From positions 32,001-96,000 of IMG/VR virus record IMGVR_UViG_3300017917_003016: DNA of 64,000 bases, one strand, 5' to 3'. Made by a program: the position numbers and the translations under genes. The stretch's first letter is position 1. Every line of letters begins with the position of its first letter. The notes under the pieces are model-generated. The model was not told the DNA's origin. It saw nothing but the letters and a program-made list of their open reading frames with translations, and ran no database searches. This DNA is from a virus (Duplodnaviria > Caudoviricetes). Positions 17,609 to 27,185 of this stretch are shown here, one piece after another.

Positions 17609-18187
17609 ATGAGCGTATTTCAACGCCTCAAAACGATACTGACCTGGACAAATATGTCCTTAGTATTTGGAGTAAGCCTGCTGATGTTCAGCAGTAGTGC
17701 AGTACCACAGATGCAAACAAATTTTGTTTTCGATAGATTCCAGCAGTCTTATAAACAAAAATATGATGCCGCAAGACAGCGCCAATTGGTATGCCTGGCT
17801 CGTAACGTCTACTATGAAGCCGGCAACGAACCATTCAAAGGGCAACTGGCAGTGGCTCAGGTCACAGTCAATCGAGCACACAGCGGACAATTTCCTAGAG
17901 ACCTGTGCGATGTAATAAGTCAATCATCTCGCAGAGGTCAAACACGTGTTTGCCAGTTCAGTTGGTATTGCGACAAGACTAAGAATAAAAATTTAAGAAT
18001 CAGTGAATCTCATCCAAGTTATATTGCTGCTAAAAAGGTTTATCTTGAGGGCGAAAGGCTTCCAAAACTGGGACACAGTACCTATTACTTTCATAATCTT
18101 ACGGTAACGGTATCTCAAAGTTATCCCTATAAGATTATAGCAAAAATTGGCAATCATATTTTTTATAGGCGAGAAAAACAATCTTGA
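17609..18187 (+). CDS. SleB-like cell wall hydrolase (Hydrolase_2) with N-terminal hydrophobic segment
   Basis: CLARNVYYEAGNEPFKGQLAVAQVTVNR, CQFSW and IGNHIFY motifs. Confidence 0.9.
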   Translation: MSVFQRLKTILTWTNMSLVFGVSLLMFSSSAVPQMQTNFVFDRFQQSYKQKYDAARQRQLVCLARNVYYEAGNEPFKGQLAVAQVTVNRAHSGQFPRDLCDVISQSSRRGQTRVCQFSWYCDKTKNKNLRISESHPSYIAAKKVYLEGERLPKLGHSTYYFHNLTVTVSQSYPYKIIAKIGNHIFYRREKQS

Positions 18188-18627
18188 ACAAGGCTTTGGT
18201 TTTTCTAAGGGAACGCATACGCCAGGATGAAGTAATTGCTGAATTAAATCCTTGTCTGGTAGTAAAATCAAATAAACCTACTTTTCAACTGCGATTGGCC
18301 GAAGCGGGGTTAATCCTTGATGAAAAAATTGCTGAAGGTCTTAGATTAGATGTGATTTGTGTAGTAAATGAGAATAATTTAAGAATTTATGATCTTGAAA
18401 AATTTTCAAAAGATGATTACCTTGAAAGATTTTACTATACAACTGATCAACTACATTCTAGTTCCTTTTTCTGTAAGCCTGGTGCATTTAGTACGATCAG
18501 CAGTCTTTATAAGATAAATTTTGATAACTATAACTTCAAAAATACTGGCCACGATACCATAGAACTACTTACTGAACAAATTTTCTTTTTGGTTAATCGT
18601 TTGGGATTTGAGGTAAAAATTGGATAA
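18184..18627 (+). CDS. Hypothetical protein
   Basis: ORF track; coupled to its neighbours. Confidence 0.5.
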   Translation: MNKALVFLRERIRQDEVIAELNPCLVVKSNKPTFQLRLAEAGLILDEKIAEGLRLDVICVVNENNLRIYDLEKFSKDDYLERFYYTTDQLHSSSFFCKPGAFSTISSLYKINFDNYNFKNTGHDTIELLTEQIFFLVNRLGFEVKIG

Positions 18628-19438
18628 GATATCCAGAGCAGCAGTTTTAGTCGCTGGAGATTTTAGAACTTGGCCCAGAGCCAGCCAATATATCTTTGAC
18701 TATGTTGACGATATCTGTCAACAGGCTGATTATTATTTTGCCACGTGGAGTACTACTAGAGACTATTGGTATCCTCAGATGCATTCAGAAAAAACTCAAA
18801 GAAACGTAACTGATCATGATATCAAAACAAAATTTATTGAAAATAATAAAACACTGATAAATTTTGTTATTGTCACTGATAGACCGGCTGTATTCTATGG
18901 AACTAACTATCTTCAAAGTTATCTAGCCAATCGTGCCAACTTGCTCAAAAGACGTTATGAATTGGACAATGGTTTTGTTTATGACCAAGTATTAGAAATT
19001 CGTCCAGACCTTTATATCTACGATAGCAATAAAGAAAATATAACTAATCTAAAAGATTTTGAATTGCTAATGGATGTTACTCGCGACGTGCTAGTTCCGG
19101 GCTCTCAACTTTTTCCTGAAGCAATAGATTTTTATTATCGAACCAATAGCCTTACCAGTGACATAATGTGTAACAGATTTTTTTATCAAAAATCTTTGCA
19201 TGTTGAATTCTATCGAACACAGTATGATCATTGGCCCTTGCCTATACACAATCACACAATCCTAGCCGACTATGTTTTAGTTAGAAGATTGCATTCGATA
19301 GCCAATCAAGATAGTTTCCAACAAATAGTAATTAGACCCAATTTTCCCCCGGGAGATTTGCGAACTATTCCATATGAAGAATTATGGGAATTACAACGTC
19401 AATTTTTAGATTACACCAGAAGTTTACCAAGAGAATAA
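18620..19438 (+). CDS. Hypothetical protein, glycosyltransferase-like
   Basis: AVLVAGDFRT, YFATW and YDQVLEIRPD motifs. Confidence 0.45.
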   Translation: MDKISRAAVLVAGDFRTWPRASQYIFDYVDDICQQADYYFATWSTTRDYWYPQMHSEKTQRNVTDHDIKTKFIENNKTLINFVIVTDRPAVFYGTNYLQSYLANRANLLKRRYELDNGFVYDQVLEIRPDLYIYDSNKENITNLKDFELLMDVTRDVLVPGSQLFPEAIDFYYRTNSLTSDIMCNRFFYQKSLHVEFYRTQYDHWPLPIHNHTILADYVLVRRLHSIANQDSFQQIVIRPNFPPGDLRTIPYEELWELQRQFLDYTRSLPRE

Positions 19439-19444
19439 TTAGCC

Positions 19445-19475
19445 ATTGACCTAGGTCAATAAATACGCATATAAT
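19445..19475 (+). promoter_or_regulatory. Composite promoter: sigma70 plus late motif plus a perfect 16-bp palindrome
   Basis: ATTGACCTAGGTCAAT palindrome; TTGACC-N18-TATAAT; ATAAATA at 19459-19465. Confidence 0.65.
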
Positions 19476-19497
19476 GATATTCAACTAGAGGTCAAAT

Positions 19498-19971
19498 ATG
19501 TCCGTAGAATTTCTAACACTTGACAACTGTCATGTAGTGCACAAGCCCTGGGGGCAGGAAACTTGGCTACAAGGTGGCAGTTCCCTATACCCATTTGCAC
19601 TCAAAGAACTAATACTTCGTGAAGGTTTTGTGACTAGTCTGCAGGTTCATCAGTTTAAATCAGAAACCATACACCTGCATCAAGGTCACGGAGCATTAAT
19701 TTATCATCCAACTCCGTTTGACTGCGAAAAATATCTCCAAGGTGGATATTCTCCACAGGATATTCAACAGATCAAAAATGAATTGATAACACAACCACTG
19801 GGACCGGGTGCAGTATTTCACACACCCCCGGGCACTATACATCGTATGGTAGCCTATACAGACCTACACTATACTGAAGCCAGCACCACACAACTAGACG
19901 ATGTTATACGTCTGGAAGATTCACACAATCGAGGACATGGAAGGATAGACTCAGAACATGAGCAACGCTAA
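19498..19971 (+). CDS. Cupin-fold sugar-phosphate isomerase-like protein
   Basis: KPWGQE, SLQVHQFKSETI, PPGTIHRM and DDVIRLED motifs. Confidence 0.75.
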   Translation: MSVEFLTLDNCHVVHKPWGQETWLQGGSSLYPFALKELILREGFVTSLQVHQFKSETIHLHQGHGALIYHPTPFDCEKYLQGGYSPQDIQQIKNELITQPLGPGAVFHTPPGTIHRMVAYTDLHYTEASTTQLDDVIRLEDSHNRGHGRIDSEHEQR

Positions 19972-21550
19972 ACTCACTGTATTAATTCTAGCAGCAGGAT
20001 ATGGCCGCCGTATGGGGCCATTTAGTCGCATGATTCCCAAAGCACTTATACCATATAATAATAAACCTTTGATAAGTCATATCATTGAAAAATTTAATGT
20101 GCACACAAGATTTGTCATAGCCTGCGGACATTTAGGACACATGATCAAAGATTATGTAAATGCAGTTCACGGCGACAAAGACATAGTGTTTGTGGATGTG
20201 CCTAATTATGCAGAAGGTGACACTGGCCCCGCTACCAGTATACAGGCCTGTGCCAAGTACATACGAGGTGGATTCATGTGGTTGGCCTGTGACACTCTTT
20301 TTGATTTTGACTATCATAACAAACTGGATCATAATTGGATTGCCGTGCACCCGGTAGACTCAACGTTGGCACAAGACTACTGCTGGGTAGAGCGAGAGTC
20401 TGATCAGATCATAAATGTCTACAATAAGAAGCCCAGTCGTGATGCTGTGGACGCCTTTGTTGGTCTAATGTATGCTAAGGACGACGAATATCTTGACAAT
20501 CTCATTGCTCGCAAGGCCAAGGAAACCTATGAAGGGTTTAGTGGTCTAACCCTCAAAGCGCATACCATACGCACCTGGAAGGACTTTGGTACCTATGAAA
20601 AATGGGAAGATCTCAATTCAGAATTCACCGATGTTAGTTTCCCTAAACCAGATGAACTATTTTATACAGACAATGGCAAGGTAGTTAAATTTTGGACCAA
20701 TCCCAAACAAGCAGAAATGCGTGTGCGCCGAGCAGACTGTAATCCTGCTGCCATGCCTAGCAATGTTACCAGTGCAGGCAATTTTTTAGTACATGATTTT
20801 GCACAAGGAGACATTGTCTACAATCAGTACACTCCGGAAGTGTTTGCACGTATGCTTGAATGGTGTGAGAACACCCTGTGGAAGCCAGCACCAGAAACAG
20901 AAGAACAGCGGCGATTTGATATATGCCGCAAGTTCTACTACGAAAAGACCATGGAAAGAGTTGAAGCATTCCGTGTCAAGTATTCAGATTGGTCAGAGCC
21001 CTGCGCAGTCAACGGTCAGCAGGTTCTGACCATTAATCAGTATCTAGATCAAATTGATTTCCCATGGTTGTGTTCAACTAATTCGTGGAGTTTCATACAC
21101 GGCGATCTGCACTTTGACAATACCATATATGACAACGGACAGTTTGAAGGCAAAATGAAGATATATGATGCTGAATTAGTGGCTCCTTATAAATTCACTG
21201 CCATAGATTGGCGCACAGATTTTGGTGGTGAACTCTATGGTGATCTTTATTATGATCTAGCCAAGATGCTAGGAGGATTGCATCTCAGTTACAGAGACAT
21301 CAAACATGAGCAGTATGGATATCAAGAACGCGACGACAAGGTCCTGCTAGAGGTGCCCAGTGTACAGAATGTAGATGTCTACGAAAACATGCTGAAAGAA
21401 TGGGTTGAACACCGCGGACTAGAGTGGCGCAAGGTTAAGTTGCTGGTACCGATTATCTATCTTAACATGAGTCCCTTGCATGAATGGCCGTTTGACAAGT
21501 TCCTAGTGGCTCTAGCACAACTACACTTTTCTAAGGTGCTAAATGCTTAA
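19958..21550 (+). CDS. Bifunctional NTP transferase / phosphotransferase
   Basis: N-terminal ILAAGYGRRM...PKAL; C-terminal HGDLHFDN, IDWR and YDLAK kinase-fold motifs. Confidence 0.82.
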   Translation: MSNAKLTVLILAAGYGRRMGPFSRMIPKALIPYNNKPLISHIIEKFNVHTRFVIACGHLGHMIKDYVNAVHGDKDIVFVDVPNYAEGDTGPATSIQACAKYIRGGFMWLACDTLFDFDYHNKLDHNWIAVHPVDSTLAQDYCWVERESDQIINVYNKKPSRDAVDAFVGLMYAKDDEYLDNLIARKAKETYEGFSGLTLKAHTIRTWKDFGTYEKWEDLNSEFTDVSFPKPDELFYTDNGKVVKFWTNPKQAEMRVRRADCNPAAMPSNVTSAGNFLVHDFAQGDIVYNQYTPEVFARMLEWCENTLWKPAPETEEQRRFDICRKFYYEKTMERVEAFRVKYSDWSEPCAVNGQQVLTINQYLDQIDFPWLCSTNSWSFIHGDLHFDNTIYDNGQFEGKMKIYDAELVAPYKFTAIDWRTDFGGELYGDLYYDLAKMLGGLHLSYRDIKHEQYGYQERDDKVLLEVPSVQNVDVYENMLKEWVEHRGLEWRKVKLLVPIIYLNMSPLHEWPFDKFLVALAQLHFSKVLNA

Positions 21551-22013
21551 GAGATTTATTCTAGATGTAGATGGGGTACTGAACGATGGCATGCTCTACT
21601 GGGGCGTAGATGGCAAGCCGTTCAAGGCATTTGGCAACTACGACCACGATGGTCTTAAGATCTTACGCCAGCATTTAGACATTGAATTTATCAGTGCTGA
21701 CCAACAGGGTTGGGCCATAACAGAAAGCCGCATAGTCAAACATATGAAGTTTCCCTTGACCATGGTCAAAGAAGCGGATAGGTTGAATTGGGTATTGTCC
21801 AGAGGTGACACTGCGGAAACAGTGTTCATGGGCGACGGTCCTTATGATGCAAAAATATTTCCACATGTGGCTCTGAGCATAGCACCTGCACAGGCGTGGA
21901 ATACCGCATGCTCTGCTGCAACTTATGTAACACCCCGTAAAGGAGGCCGCGGCGCTGTAATGGACGCCTGCGTTTATATTATGAATAGGATGGGAATCGA
22001 ACATGAATTTTAG
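21543..22013 (+). CDS. KdsC-like HAD phosphatase
   Basis: ILDVDGVLNDG, FMGDGPYD and GGRGAVMD motifs. Confidence 0.85.
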   Translation: MLKRFILDVDGVLNDGMLYWGVDGKPFKAFGNYDHDGLKILRQHLDIEFISADQQGWAITESRIVKHMKFPLTMVKEADRLNWVLSRGDTAETVFMGDGPYDAKIFPHVALSIAPAQAWNTACSAATYVTPRKGGRGAVMDACVYIMNRMGIEHEF

Positions 22014-22986
22014 ACTGGGATTTGGGCCTATGAGCCCTGAAGTAATACGTGCAATCTGTACATACTCGCATGATACCAAACGGCCACTGATGATCATTGC
22101 CAGCCGCAATCAAGTTGATGCTGACAGTGGTTATGTCATGACCACACCAGAACTGCGACAACTATTAGACACACTGCCAACTGACCATGTGTGGATGTGT
22201 CGCGATCACTGCGGTCCTTATTTCCTAGACAGCGAGAAGAATCTCAGTCTGCGCAAGGCCATAGAAGCAACTAAGAAAACCATAGCCTATGACATAGAAC
22301 AAGGGTTTGACCTCATACACATAGACACCAGTAGAGTTGATGATACCTATGGTGTTGCTGAAGAACTGTTTAATTTTTGCCTAAGCCTTAAGACCGACAT
22401 ACGTTTTGAGTTTGGTACCGAAGAAAACGTTGGTGTTGCTGCGGGTGCGGTCAAGTATCGTTCAGATGTGGCCTTTGCCAAGAACATTCCAAACATTGAA
22501 TTTGTAGTTGCACAGACAGGTAGTCTGTGTTTTGAAGACCGCCAGGCTGGAACCTTTGATACTGAAACAGTTCGTAGTCTAGTAAAAGAAGCAGAATTCA
22601 ACGGAGTCAAACTCAAAGAACACAATGCCGATTATCTTACACCTGACCAAGTACGTCTTCGCAAGGCCGCCGGTGTACATGCTATGAACATAGCACCGCA
22701 ATTGGGCGTGGTACAGACTAAACTACTTAAAGAACTTTGCTTGAGTCGAGTGGGGCAAGATCTTTGGGATCCCTTTGCTCAGAAAGTCCTAGCCAGCGGA
22801 CGTTGGAAGAAATGGACTAACAGTGATCAGGATGATCAAAAGGTCATAGTCGCAGGACATTACTGTTTTGGCACTGCAGAATATCGGGCAATATTAGATG
22901 GTCTGAGCCAACACGCCAATTGGGATGACGAAATTCAGCAGGCACTTTATCAGGTATTTGATACCTATACAGATAATCTAGCATGA
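22003..22986 (+). CDS. GatZ/KbaZ-like ketose-phosphate aldolase/epimerase
   Basis: LMIIASRNQVD, RDHCGP, LIHIDTS, GTEEN, KEHNADY and NIAPQLG motifs. Confidence 0.7.
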   Translation: MNFRLGFGPMSPEVIRAICTYSHDTKRPLMIIASRNQVDADSGYVMTTPELRQLLDTLPTDHVWMCRDHCGPYFLDSEKNLSLRKAIEATKKTIAYDIEQGFDLIHIDTSRVDDTYGVAEELFNFCLSLKTDIRFEFGTEENVGVAAGAVKYRSDVAFAKNIPNIEFVVAQTGSLCFEDRQAGTFDTETVRSLVKEAEFNGVKLKEHNADYLTPDQVRLRKAAGVHAMNIAPQLGVVQTKLLKELCLSRVGQDLWDPFAQKVLASGRWKKWTNSDQDDQKVIVAGHYCFGTAEYRAILDGLSQHANWDDEIQQALYQVFDTYTDNLA

Positions 22987-24077
22987 TTGTATTATTCAAC
23001 GTTAAGATCACTGACGTGCGCATGGGTTATCCCTATCGCCGCGGCGAGTGGATGCCCGATCCAGAGAGATTTGATGTATTTCGTTACTGTTTAGCCAGTA
23101 CCGCAGAATTAGGGCCCCTGACCAGTCGTTTTGTATTTTGTATAACACTTGCACCTGAACTAGCACATAGGCAAAGTGAACTAGATGCTTATATGCGTGA
23201 TCTATTTCCTAGGGAAAAATTAGAAATTATTTGGCAACGCTGTGATTATGGGCGTGATTGGCGCAGGATTTGTGACCAATACCTCACCGATCCTAACGAA
23301 CTAGTTTGGCTAGCCTGCAACGATGATCATATCTTTTTAGACAGCGACCTAGACACAGTTAAGAGTGCAATCAAACATTTGAATCTAGATTCAGATCCCA
23401 ATGCGGTGTTTTACTACAGCCATTGGCCAGAACAAATGCGCATGGCCAATCATTATCATGCGGAATTAACCCAAGATGGTTTACTGGTAAAATATCCCTG
23501 GGAAACCTTTGATGGCATAATGATACTCAAAGCAGGTCGTTTGTCCGGGTATTTTGACCGTGACTATGGCAATGCTGCCATGTTCAAAGTTGATTATCTT
23601 GGTGCATATCATAATTATCAAGCACCTGGTCCTGTGTATGCTCCAACTAAAGAGATAGTTCGTCACTATGAGGGTTATAGTCATGTTAATCACGAAATGC
23701 CACAGCACCTAGCCAATGTAGTTCCTCCCCTGTTTATTCCTCCTGGATTTTTTGAAAATAACATGCAGGTTCGTGTAGGTTATCATGAACGAGATAACAA
23801 CTCTACAAACTTTAATCCTGCAGCAGAGTGGCTATACAATACCAATCCTGCAGGCACAGACTATCGTTGGCATGTCAAGGACATACCTCTGTTTTGGCAG
23901 AAGCACATAAGACAAATTGATCATGCTGATGATTATGATGATATTCTTATGAAACGGGCTAGGGATGCTGCTTTTCTTGCCGCAGCACGTGTACCGATGA
24001 AGTGCTTTGGCATAGACTTTAACCACACATCTGTGCCCCCCAACAGTTGGTTTCAAAAACACCTGTTGTATCGCTAG
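22983..24077 (+). CDS. Hypothetical protein, possible glycosyltransferase
   Basis: WLACNDDHIF (DxD-like); last gene of the operon. Confidence 0.45.
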   Translation: MIVLFNVKITDVRMGYPYRRGEWMPDPERFDVFRYCLASTAELGPLTSRFVFCITLAPELAHRQSELDAYMRDLFPREKLEIIWQRCDYGRDWRRICDQYLTDPNELVWLACNDDHIFLDSDLDTVKSAIKHLNLDSDPNAVFYYSHWPEQMRMANHYHAELTQDGLLVKYPWETFDGIMILKAGRLSGYFDRDYGNAAMFKVDYLGAYHNYQAPGPVYAPTKEIVRHYEGYSHVNHEMPQHLANVVPPLFIPPGFFENNMQVRVGYHERDNNSTNFNPAAEWLYNTNPAGTDYRWHVKDIPLFWQKHIRQIDHADDYDDILMKRARDAAFLAAARVPMKCFGIDFNHTSVPPNSWFQKHLLYR

Positions 24078-24145
24078 ATTTTGGTTGACCTTTTGGTCCT
24101 GTGAACATATAATAGCAGCATAACGTAACAACACAGGAGCATACA
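24077..24145 (+). promoter_or_regulatory. Early promoter-RBS cassette R1
   Basis: GATTTTGG-TTGACC-N17-TATAAT-AGCAGCATAACGTAACAACACAGGAGCA. Confidence 0.88.
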
Positions 24146-24535
24146 ATGGCATACTTTAGTCAAGAACGCAAGGCTCAAATCGCCCCCAAGGTCAAGAGTA
24201 TCCTGAAGAAGTACGGCCTTAAGGGTAGCCTTAGTGTGCGCAATCACAGCACTGTGGTCTTGACCATCAACAGCGGCAAGATTGACTTTATCGGTAACAA
24301 CCAAGAGACCATGGGTCGCACCTGGGCCCAGCGCCGCACCAATCTTGATGTCAACATTTATCACTATCGTAATCACTTTGACGGTGTTGCACGTGACGCA
24401 CTCGCTGAACTGATTACTGCTCTCAACGACGGCAACTGGGACAACAGCGACATCCAGACCGACTACTTTGACAAGGGTTGGTACGTTAACGTCAATGTTG
24501 GTCGTTGGAACAAGGGTTATATTGTCACTGCCTAA
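24146..24535 (+). CDS. Early protein with an LPD29-like C-terminal motif
   Basis: DNSDIQTDYFDKGWY motif. Confidence 0.5.
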   Translation: MAYFSQERKAQIAPKVKSILKKYGLKGSLSVRNHSTVVLTINSGKIDFIGNNQETMGRTWAQRRTNLDVNIYHYRNHFDGVARDALAELITALNDGNWDNSDIQTDYFDKGWYVNVNVGRWNKGYIVTA

Positions 24536-24545
24536 GGAGGCTAAG

Positions 24546-24692
24546 ATGTTTGATCTTATCGATGACACGGCTGCACTCCACGCTCAATGGGAACTTGAGT
24601 ATCAAGAATGGCTAGGTAGCGAAGCCTGGGTTGAAGTTGTTAACCAGTGGCTTTGTGAATTGGCTAACGAAATGCTCAATGAGGAGGCCTAA
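24546..24692 (+). CDS. Small acidic hypothetical protein
   Basis: AAGGAGG RBS; MFDLIDDT... Confidence 0.65.
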   Translation: MFDLIDDTAALHAQWELEYQEWLGSEAWVEVVNQWLCELANEMLNEEA

Positions 24693-24859
24693 TGGAAAGC
24701 GTTCAAATGAATGAAATTCTGCAGCGCATGGCTCGTGAACGTAATTGTACGGTTTATCAGGTCATTCAAGAGTATTTGAAATACCAATTAAACGGGCAAG
24801 TCAAACACTTTTGGCCTGACCAAAACGAGGCCTGTAGGTCCTATTTGGAGAACAACTGA
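24692..24859 (+). CDS. Small hypothetical protein (55 aa)
   Basis: Manually read MESVQMNEIL...YLENN with a GAGGAGG RBS. Confidence 0.6.
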   Translation: MESVQMNEILQRMARERNCTVYQVIQEYLKYQLNGQVKHFWPDQNEACRSYLENN

Positions 24860-24927
24860 TGAGTCTTATTGGACTTATTGTAATGCTGCTGGTACTTGGT
24901 ATTCTTATTGGAAGGTACATTAGGTGA
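24859..24927 (+). CDS. Small membrane peptide (22 aa)
   Basis: MSLIGLIVMLLVLGILIGRYIR, coupled by a TGATG overlap. Confidence 0.45.
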   Translation: MSLIGLIVMLLVLGILIGRYIR

Positions 24928-25151
24928 CTGCAGAATCTGAGCGTTTTTGTCAACTAATTGATGAATTGAGGCGGGCCTATGTTGCCTCAGATTCTGCAGA
25001 AAGTTCATATGCAAGGCTAGTTGGTGCTCTGGGTGCTATGATACCTTGGTATGTAGACGCTGAAAATCTAGCCAAACTCAACAATGCTCTAGAACAAGCA
25101 GTTAAAAACGAAACTATGAAAATTCTTGGTAAGGAAAATATCCATGCTTGA
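24924..25151 (+). CDS. Hypothetical protein
   Basis: ORF track; GTGA overlap with the previous gene. Confidence 0.55.
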   Translation: MTAESERFCQLIDELRRAYVASDSAESSYARLVGALGAMIPWYVDAENLAKLNNALEQAVKNETMKILGKENIHA

Positions 25152-25533
25152 TCAAGAAAACGAGAAGTTCAACGAAGTTGTGTTTGATGGCATCCGTTTT
25201 CTAGAGAGCCTGACTCGTTATTACGGTGCTGAGCGTGGCATGGAAGTCTGGGAACAGTTGGGTGAAGTTGTAGGCAAGGACGTGCAGGGCCAGGTGTTCT
25301 TTGCCATGCTCACGGGCGATACCAGTAACCGTGTGAGAATCAGCCGCGGCACCTGTAAAGAAGCAGTGACCGCTATCAAGGCCATTCGTCAGGCCACTGG
25401 CATGAGTCTCAAAGAAGCCAAGGATGCCTGGGATCTCACTGCAGTCAAGACCGTGACTCTTGACAATGTTCAGCGCGATGCCAAACAGGAGTTTCTTCGC
25501 GATCTTCGCAGTATTGGTGTGAGGGTTCACTAA
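25144..25533 (+). CDS. Protein with a ribosomal L7/L12 C-terminal-like domain
   Basis: AVTAIKAIRQATGMSLKEAKDAWD resembles bL12 [24 protein letters not shown]. Confidence 0.65.
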   Translation: MLDQENEKFNEVVFDGIRFLESLTRYYGAERGMEVWEQLGEVVGKDVQGQVFFAMLTGDTSNRVRISRGTCKEAVTAIKAIRQATGMSLKEAKDAWDLTAVKTVTLDNVQRDAKQEFLRDLRSIGVRVH

Positions 25534-25534
25534 C

Positions 25535-25999
25535 ATGGCAGAAATTTTTTACCGTAAGGTCGGCCGCCGCTATGTCCCAGTCAGTGAATATGACAACTCT
25601 GTCATGGACAGTTTTCCCTACGGATCTCATCTTGTGGTGGTAAAGCGAGGATCAACTAGCCGCCGCCACAACATTGATCCTGCACACGCACCTATGATCG
25701 CTGCTGGTCTTATTGCTGAAGATGCAGTGAGAGAAGCATTGGTCAAAGCCGGCGAAATTCGCCTGCAACGCCGTGACCGTGAACGTCAACTTACACCCGG
25801 ACAAAAGCAGGCCTGGGATAATCTAGTCAAAGAATTTGGTGACAGTGCCAAACAACTGGAATGGCCCAGCACTGCAGAAGTTGCTGAAGAAGGAGTTAAA
25901 GCCATGCAGCGAGAAGCAGATCAACTGCTGCAGAACCCCTCAGTACGTGCAGCCTATGATCATTTTTTGACAGTCTGCGAACTGTGCCGCGAGCATTAA
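25535..25999 (+). CDS. Hypothetical phage protein
   Basis: ORF track; IFYRKVGRRYVPVSEYD N-terminus. Confidence 0.6.
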   Translation: MAEIFYRKVGRRYVPVSEYDNSVMDSFPYGSHLVVVKRGSTSRRHNIDPAHAPMIAAGLIAEDAVREALVKAGEIRLQRRDRERQLTPGQKQAWDNLVKEFGDSAKQLEWPSTAEVAEEGVKAMQREADQLLQNPSVRAAYDHFLTVCELCREH

Positions 26000-26001
26000 A
26001 A

Positions 26002-26068
26002 TTGGTTGACCTTGCCTGCAGATCACTGTATAATGCTTGCATACGCTAACAAAGCAGGAGTAGACAAC
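26002..26068 (+). promoter_or_regulatory. Early promoter-RBS cassette R2
   Basis: TTGG-TTGACC-N17-TATAAT...CAGGAGTAGACAAC. Confidence 0.82.
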
Positions 26069-26416
26069 ATGGCTTACATCGTTTTCCATTTTGAAACTCG
26101 CCAAATCATCAAGCATTATGCTTCGCGCAAGGGTGCACTGGTTGGTCTCCGTGCTGCTAATCGCAATGCTGGCTATCCGCAGCGTTGGACTCTGTGCAAC
26201 TACGATGTTGATCACGGTGCTCTGCGTGAGTGGTGCGAGACTGCCGATGGCTCCAACGGCTATGCTCCTTATGCTGCTATCGAATCCAACCTGTTTGATC
26301 AACACTATCGTCGCAACATCACGGTGACCAATCTTATGACGGGCAAGCCTGTGGAAATTGACAGCAACACCCCGTGGAGTTGCCGCCCGGACAGCGAAGC
26401 CTACTGGAGTAACTAA
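26069..26416 (+). CDS. Hypothetical early protein
   Basis: Start reassigned to the ATG after the RBS; C-terminal VTNLMTGKPVEIDSNTPWSCRPDSEAYW. Confidence 0.65.
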   Translation: MAYIVFHFETRQIIKHYASRKGALVGLRAANRNAGYPQRWTLCNYDVDHGALREWCETADGSNGYAPYAAIESNLFDQHYRRNITVTNLMTGKPVEIDSNTPWSCRPDSEAYWSN

Positions 26417-26431
26417 TTTAATGAGCCAAAC

Positions 26432-26707
26432 ATGATTAACATTCAATTTAACATTCACAATCCACTAGTTCATCGATTTGTGCCCGTTAAGATATGGCAA
26501 GGTCCAACTCCTATTGAACACAAATTTTGGGAGTTGGAAATCTACAAGAGTTCGGATATTGTTGATGCGTTCTTTCGTTTCGACTGTTGTCAAAGCCATG
26601 CTGGGCTGCATCTAGGTCTAGCACTGCTGGGATACAACATTGAATTTCAAATCTATGACCATCGTCATTGGGACTATGAAGAAGAAGATTGGTATTATAA
26701 TGAATAA
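26432..26707 (+). CDS. Hypothetical protein
   Basis: ORF track. Confidence 0.55.
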   Translation: MINIQFNIHNPLVHRFVPVKIWQGPTPIEHKFWELEIYKSSDIVDAFFRFDCCQSHAGLHLGLALLGYNIEFQIYDHRHWDYEEEDWYYNE

Positions 26708-26852
26708 GGAACTGATTATGAAAACTATTGCACTGGTAATTGCTGTACTGTCGCTGATTTCTTTGGCATTTAACTACTCTGATCCTGCAGCAGCCGCAGG
26801 TTGGGCTGTGGCCTTTGCTGGTTGGATCTTCCACGCACTGGCCAAAGAATAA
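26700..26852 (+). CDS. Small membrane protein
   Basis: Two hydrophobic segments. Confidence 0.55.
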   Translation: MNKELIMKTIALVIAVLSLISLAFNYSDPAAAAGWAVAFAGWIFHALAKE

Positions 26853-26899
26853 AATGAAATTTATGCTGCAACTGGGACTCTGCGGAATCTAAAGACCGT

Positions 26900-27118
26900 A
26901 TGAATCAAAAAATTCGTGAGTTTATTCAAAGGTCTTATCCTCAAGTTGACCTTGACCAAGAAATTGCCAATCGCGATGAATTGCCTAAAGAAGTTGAGCA
27001 TTTGGTTACCCTAGTGGTGGAAGAATGTCTTAAGGTTAGTGGCCGCACCCCCACAGTGTGGCCTTTTGCCTTTATAGATTTTAACAAGGTAATCAGACGA
27101 CATTTTGGCCTAGATTAG
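26900..27118 (+). CDS. Hypothetical protein
   Basis: ORF track; LVVEECL...IRRHFGLD. Confidence 0.55.
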   Translation: MNQKIREFIQRSYPQVDLDQEIANRDELPKEVEHLVTLVVEECLKVSGRTPTVWPFAFIDFNKVIRRHFGLD

Positions 27119-27185
27119 ATTTTGGTTGACCTTTTGTTCCTGTGATCTTATAATAGTGGCATAACGTAAAACACAGGAGCAAGGC
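27118..27185 (+). promoter_or_regulatory. Early promoter-RBS cassette R3
   Basis: Near copy of R1: TTGACC-N17-TATAAT...CATAACGTAAAACACAGGAGCA. Confidence 0.88.
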
